A stretch of DNA of 64,000 nt from Myxococcota bacterium (GTDB lineage: Bacteria; Myxococcota_A; UBA9160; JAFDDA01). The position numbers and the translations under genes are program-made. This document shows positions 59,687 to 64,000 of this stretch, piece by piece. Location of the stretch: contig OZ245817.1 in assembly GCA_965228475.1 (NCBI GenBank), forward strand, positions 4,224,001 to 4,288,000, in the 5' to 3' direction. The first letter of the stretch is position 1. The number at the start of each line of letters is the position of its first letter. The notes under the pieces are model-generated. The model was given only the letters and a program-made list of their open reading frames with translations. It was not told the DNA's origin and searched no databases.

Positions 59687-59743
59687 CCGAACAGGTCCGA
59701 CAAAACGCGTTCGATCCTACGAGAACCCCGCGGGGGATGTCAA
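59687..59743 (-). promoter_or_regulatory. sigma70 promoter of aldehyde dehydrogenase with tandem operator-like boxes
   Basis: TTGACA(59743-59738)-N18-TAGGAT(59719-59714); CCGAACAGGTCCGA 59687-59700 and CAAAACGCGTTCGA 59701-59714. Confidence 0.6.
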
Positions 59744-59843
59744 TTTGCAAAGGGGCCCAAAGTCCGGCAGCCGCGCGGCGCGGTCCGGCTTGAGAGTGGG
59801 AGGCGAGCGACGGATCCGGCGCGGGCGCTGGTAGCATGCGCGC

Positions 59844-60956
59844 GTGCCCGAGACGCCGCTCTTCCGCCGTTTCCCGGGGCTTTCCGGCCGGTTGCCCCAC
59901 CACGCGCTGCTGGCGGGACCGAGCCCCGTGCGCCCCTTCCCGCTCGACGGCCGGGTCGATTCCTTCGTGAAGTGCGACGCGCGGACGACCCCGCGCTACG
60001 GCGGGAACAAGCCGCGAAAGCTCGAGTTCCTGATCGGCGCCGCGCTCGCCCGCGGCTCGCGGCGACTCGTGACGAGCGGCGGCCTCGGCACGAACCACGG
60101 CCTCGCCACGACGATCCTCGCGAGCGAAGCCGGCCTCGCGACCTCGGTGCTGCTCGTCGACCAACCGCTCTCGGATGCGGTGCGCAACCAGCTCCGGCGC
60201 ATGCACGGCGCGGGAGCACGGCTCTGCTACGGCGGAACCGTCGCGGGCGCGGTGCGCGCGGGGCTTCGGGAGATGGCGCGTTCGACGCGCGCCGGCGAAC
60301 GCCCCACCCTCGTGCCGACCGGCGGAAGCTCCGCGCGCGGGAACCTCGGCTTCGTCTCGGCGGCCCTGGAACTCGCCGAACAGATCGCCGCGGGGGAGCT
60401 TCCGGAACCCGCACGAATCTTCGTCCCGATCGGAAGCGGTGGCACCCTCGCCGGGCTGGTCGTCGGCCTTCGGCTCGCGGGGCTCGACTCGCGCGTGACC
60501 GGCGTCCTCGTCACCGACGTCCTGCCGCCCTCGCCCGCACGGCTCGCGCGTATGGCGCGCGGCACCCTGCGCGGGCTGCGACGCCTCGATCCCGCGATTC
60601 CCGCCCTGCGCTTCCGGCCGAGCGACTTCGACTACCGGGCGGATCAGGTCGGCGGAGGCTACGGCTCGCCGACGGAGGCGGGCGGCGAAGCCCTCGAGGC
60701 CGCGGCCCGGCACGGCATCGTCCTCGACCCGACCTACTCGGCCAAGGCCCTGGCCGGCCTGCGCGCCGACGGCGAGCGTGGCATGCTCGCCGGACCGACG
60801 CTCTTCTGGAACACCTACAACGGCATCGACCCGGCGCCCCATGCGCCGCTCGCCGATCCGTCCGAACTCCCCCGTCCCTTCCAGAAGTTCTTCGCGGACG
60901 AGACCTCGACGCGCGCCGCCCCGGCGGCCGCACCGGCGGAGGCGACGCATCGATGA
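59844..60956 (+). CDS. PLP enzyme of the ACC deaminase/D-cysteine desulfhydrase family
   Basis: GGNKPRKLEFL, GTNH, GSGGTLAGL, GYG, LDPTYSAKA. Confidence 0.85.
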   Translation: MPETPLFRRFPGLSGRLPHHALLAGPSPVRPFPLDGRVDSFVKCDARTTPRYGGNKPRKLEFLIGAALARGSRRLVTSGGLGTNHGLATTILASEAGLATSVLLVDQPLSDAVRNQLRRMHGAGARLCYGGTVAGAVRAGLREMARSTRAGERPTLVPTGGSSARGNLGFVSAALELAEQIAAGELPEPARIFVPIGSGGTLAGLVVGLRLAGLDSRVTGVLVTDVLPPSPARLARMARGTLRGLRRLDPAIPALRFRPSDFDYRADQVGGGYGSPTEAGGEALEAAARHGIVLDPTYSAKALAGLRADGERGMLAGPTLFWNTYNGIDPAPHAPLADPSELPRPFQKFFADETSTRAAPAAAPAEATHR

Positions 60957-61498
60957 GCGGGTTGCACACCAGCCGCCGCGGGTTTCTCCGGCTCTCTTTC
61001 GGCGGAGCCGCCGGACTCGCGACGCTCGGCAACCTTCGCGCGCTTCCCGCCGGGGCTTCCGACCCGGACGGCCCGGCCGAGGGCTCGTTCTTCTCGGAGG
61101 ACGAACGCGAGGTTCTCGCCGCCATCGCGGAGCGCATGGTCGAGACGGGTGAACCCGGCGCACCGGCGCTCCGGGGAACCGATGCCCTCGGCGTGATCGA
61201 CCGGACCTGCGCCGCGCTGCCCGCGGCGGTCACCGAGCAGCTCCCCCTCGCCCTTCGCCTCTTCGACTGGTGGCCCTTCCTGTTCGAGCTGCGCTTCCGC
61301 CGCTTCCGCGACCTCTCGGCCGAGGAGCGGGACGCGAGCCTCCGCGGCTGGATGGAGAGCCGCTTCGATCTGCGGCGGCTCGCCTTCTTCGCCCTGCGCA
61401 ACCTCTCCCTGCTCGGGTACTGGTCGCAGCGGGAGACCTGGCCCCTGATCGGCTACCGCGGCCCGCTGCTCGAAGACGCCGCCCGGAGCGCATCGTGA
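60953..61498 (+). CDS. Gluconate 2-dehydrogenase subunit 3-like protein with Tat signal
   Basis: SRRGFLR Tat motif; C-terminal YWS..ETWPLIGYRGP; ATGA-coupled. Confidence 0.7.
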   Translation: MSGLHTSRRGFLRLSFGGAAGLATLGNLRALPAGASDPDGPAEGSFFSEDEREVLAAIAERMVETGEPGAPALRGTDALGVIDRTCAALPAAVTEQLPLALRLFDWWPFLFELRFRRFRDLSAEERDASLRGWMESRFDLRRLAFFALRNLSLLGYWSQRETWPLIGYRGPLLEDAARSAS

Positions 61499-63033
61499 TC
61501 CGCGACGCCTTCGGGGACGGCCAGGCGCTGCGCGAGCGCGCCGACGTGTGCGTGATCGGCTCGGGCGGGGGCGGAGCGGTCGCCGCGGCGGAGCTCTCGG
61601 AAGCGGGGCTCTCGGTGGTGGTCCTCGAGCAGGGCCATCACTGGACGAGCGCGGACTTCACCCAGCGCGAAGAAGAGATGCTCCCGCGCCTCTTCGAAGA
61701 AGCCGGCATGCGCCAGACCGTCGATGGCGGCGTCGTCGTGCTCCAGGGCCGGAACGTCGGCGGCTCGACGGTCCACAACCTCTGCTACGCGTTCCGGACG
61801 CCGCCCGAGATCCTCGGACTCTGGCGCGACGAGCACGGACTCGCCGAGCTGACCGACGAAGCGATGGCCCCCTCCTTCGAGCGCGTCGAGACCCGGCTCA
61901 AGGTGAAGCCGATCCTCGAACACGAGGTGAACCGGCTGAACCAGCTGATCCGGCAGGGCACCGAGAAGCTCGGCTACTCGGGTTTCGTCACCCGGCACAA
62001 CCGTGAGAACTGCGTGCTGGCCGGCTACTGCATCCTCGGCTGCGCCTACGACGCGAAGCAGTCCATGCTCGTGACCTACGTGCCCCGGGCCGACCAGGCG
62101 GGCGCGCGCATCTTCGCGAACGCCCGGGCGGAGCGCATCGAGGCCGAGAACGGCCGCGCCCGGCGCGTGCTCGGCCACACCGTCGACGCCGCCGGCAACC
62201 CGGACGTGGCGATCGAAGTGGAGGCGAAGGTCGTCGTGCTCGCCGCGGGCGCCGTCGCCAGCCCGGACCTCCTCCTGCGCAGCGGCCTCGCGAACGCAAG
62301 CGGCCAGGTCGGCCGGAACCTCCACCTGCACCCTTCGGTGATGGCGGCGGGGATCTTCGACGAGGAGATCCACCCCTACCGCGGGATCCCCCAGAGCTAC
62401 TACGTCGACGAGTTCATCGACCTGGCCCGCGACCCCCACCGCGGCGTGATCCTGATGCCGATCACGGGCTTTCCCATCCTCACTTCGGTGAGCCTGCCGG
62501 GCTTCGGGCGCGAGCACTTCGAGCACATGCGCGCGTTCTCCCGCACCGCGGGCCTGCTCGCCCTGCTGCACGACCAGAGCGCGGGCAGCGTCACGCCGGG
62601 CGCCTCGCTCTCGAAGCCGGAGATCCGCTACGAACTCGACGCCGACGATGCCCGCCAGCTCGCCGAGGGTCTCGCGCACTCCGCCGAGGTGCTCTTCGCC
62701 GCGGGCGCGCGCGAGGTCGTCGTGCCCTACTACCGGGAGCCGCTGCGGCTCGCACCCGGCGACGACCTCGCCGCCATCCGAGAGCGCGGCGTCGCCATCG
62801 GCGAGATCCAGATCGCCTCGACGCACCCGCAGTCGACCTGCCGCATGGGAAGCGACCCCGCGACCTCCGTCGTGAACGCCTTCGGCGAGACCCACGACGT
62901 GCCGGGCCTGTTCGTCGCGGACATGAGCGTCTTCCCGACTTCGCTCGGGGCGCCCCCGCAGATCACCACCGCCGCCCTCGCCGACCGCACGGCGCGCCAC
63001 ATCGTCGACCGCTGGGACGAGCTCGGAAAGTAG
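61495..63033 (+). CDS. GMC family oxidoreductase
   Basis: IGSGGGG FAD motif, GRNVGGST, VGRNLHLHP, HPQSTCRMG, D.SVFPTS. Confidence 0.9.
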   Translation: MIRDAFGDGQALRERADVCVIGSGGGGAVAAAELSEAGLSVVVLEQGHHWTSADFTQREEEMLPRLFEEAGMRQTVDGGVVVLQGRNVGGSTVHNLCYAFRTPPEILGLWRDEHGLAELTDEAMAPSFERVETRLKVKPILEHEVNRLNQLIRQGTEKLGYSGFVTRHNRENCVLAGYCILGCAYDAKQSMLVTYVPRADQAGARIFANARAERIEAENGRARRVLGHTVDAAGNPDVAIEVEAKVVVLAAGAVASPDLLLRSGLANASGQVGRNLHLHPSVMAAGIFDEEIHPYRGIPQSYYVDEFIDLARDPHRGVILMPITGFPILTSVSLPGFGREHFEHMRAFSRTAGLLALLHDQSAGSVTPGASLSKPEIRYELDADDARQLAEGLAHSAEVLFAAGAREVVVPYYREPLRLAPGDDLAAIRERGVAIGEIQIASTHPQSTCRMGSDPATSVVNAFGETHDVPGLFVADMSVFPTSLGAPPQITTAALADRTARHIVDRWDELGK

Positions 63034-63038
63034 GAAGC

Positions 63039-64000
63039 TTGAGCGAACCCGAAGCGTCCGCGCCGACGCAGGGACCGACCGCGTCCCGCGTCTGGCCGCT
63101 CGCCTGGCCGACCATGCTCACGATGGCGCTCAACTCGAGCGTCGGTCTGGCGGACTTCCTCATCGTCGGGCAGCTCGGCGCGGCGGAGCTCGCTGCGGCC
63201 GGCGTCGCCCATCAGCTGCACTTCATGCTGTTCGGCGTGATGGCCGCGGTCACGACCGGCACCGTCGCCCTCGTGGCCCGTTCGTGCGGCGCGGGAAACC
63301 CTCGCGAGGCCGATCGGGTGCTCCGCGTCTCCTGCGCCCTCGGCGCGGGCCTCGGCCTGCTGACGACGGTCGTGGTCCTCCCCGCGGCGGACTTCCTGAT
63401 CGGCCTCTTCGGCGTCGAGCCCGACGTCGCCGCGCCGGCCGCCAGCTACCTCCGCGTCCTGTTCGCGTTCAACGCACCCTTCGCCGTCGGCCTCGTGATC
63501 GCGAGCGGCCTGCGGGGCGCGGGCGACGTGCGCACGCCGCTGTGGGTCGGTGCGATCGTGAACGTCGTCAACGTGTTCCTGAACTACGGCCTCGTGTTCG
63601 GCCGCTTCGGCATGCCCGAGCTCGGCCTCGATGGCTCGGCCCTGGGTTCGGGGATCGCGATCACGCTCGGGCCGGTCATCCTGGGCGCGCTCTGGGCCGC
63701 CGACCGGCTCGTGCTGCCACGCCACGGCTGGCTCGACGGCTTCGAACGGGAGCGCACGCGCTCGATCCTCCGCATCGGCCTGCCGACGGCCATCGAGCAG
63801 ACGATCTGGCAGCTCGGCCTGATCCTCTTCCTGCGGCTCATCGCCGGGTACGGCACCGAGGCCGTCTCGGCCTACCTGATCGGCGTGCGGATCCTCTCCT
63901 TCTCCTTCGTGCCGGGCATCGGCTTCTCGACCGCGGCATCGACGCTGGTCGGCCAGCATCTCGGCGCCGGGCAACCCGCCGAGGCCACGCGCTTCGGCTG
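63039..64000 (+). CDS. MATE family efflux transporter (runs off window edge)
   Basis: Not in the ORF track. From TTG 63039: VWPLAWPTML...VGQLGAAELAAAG...LRGAGDVRTPL...NVFLNYGLVFGRFGMPELG...ILRIGLP. Confidence 0.88.
   Translation, partial: MSEPEASAPTQGPTASRVWPLAWPTMLTMALNSSVGLADFLIVGQLGAAELAAAGVAHQLHFMLFGVMAAVTTGTVALVARSCGAGNPREADRVLRVSCALGAGLGLLTTVVVLPAADFLIGLFGVEPDVAAPAASYLRVLFAFNAPFAVGLVIASGLRGAGDVRTPLWVGAIVNVVNVFLNYGLVFGRFGMPELGLDGSALGSGIAITLGPVILGALWAADRLVLPRHGWLDGFERERTRSILRIGLPTAIEQTIWQLGLILFLRLIAGYGTEAVSAYLIGVRILSFSFVPGIGFSTAASTLVGQHLGAGQPAEATRFG

Noticed and set aside
59844..60956. Call as ACC deaminase (acdS)
   Set aside because: The diagnostic Glu in PVYEGK is replaced (PTYSAK).

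Overview
Very GC-rich (roughly 70% by eye), gene-dense chromosomal window from a Gram-negative bacterium. lpxD, a flagellin and Cys-rich secreted proteins suggest an uncultured Myxococcota/deltaproteobacterial lineage, but this is inference. About 57 CDS can be supported. They include housekeeping genes (polA, recQ, mutM, rnhB, truD, lpxD, pyrC, cysH, cysK, nudC, pcm, rqcH-like, SWIM-SNF2), regulators (two TetR, GbsR/MarR, OmpR-type wHTH, hybrid kinase, ECF sigma/anti-sigma), transporters and many accessory enzymes (MddA, three unrelated ferritin-like diiron proteins, an ATP-grasp ligase, SGNH hydrolases, a GMC pair, a 9x Kazal protein, an orphan flagellin). I saw no rRNA, tRNA, CRISPR array or transposase. 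The main signals are: (1) the flagellin's sigma28-like promoter (CTCAA-N16-GCCGAWYC) recurs back-to-back between an amidohydrolase and a diiron protein 25 kb away, suggesting an undescribed enzyme pair in the flagellar regulon; (2) a DUF455 diiron + ATP-grasp operon; (3) a probable ECF-linked sRNA; (4) many apparently leaderless genes; (5) duplications and mini-ORFs sitting exactly on gene junctions. All calls come from motif reading only; no searches were run.
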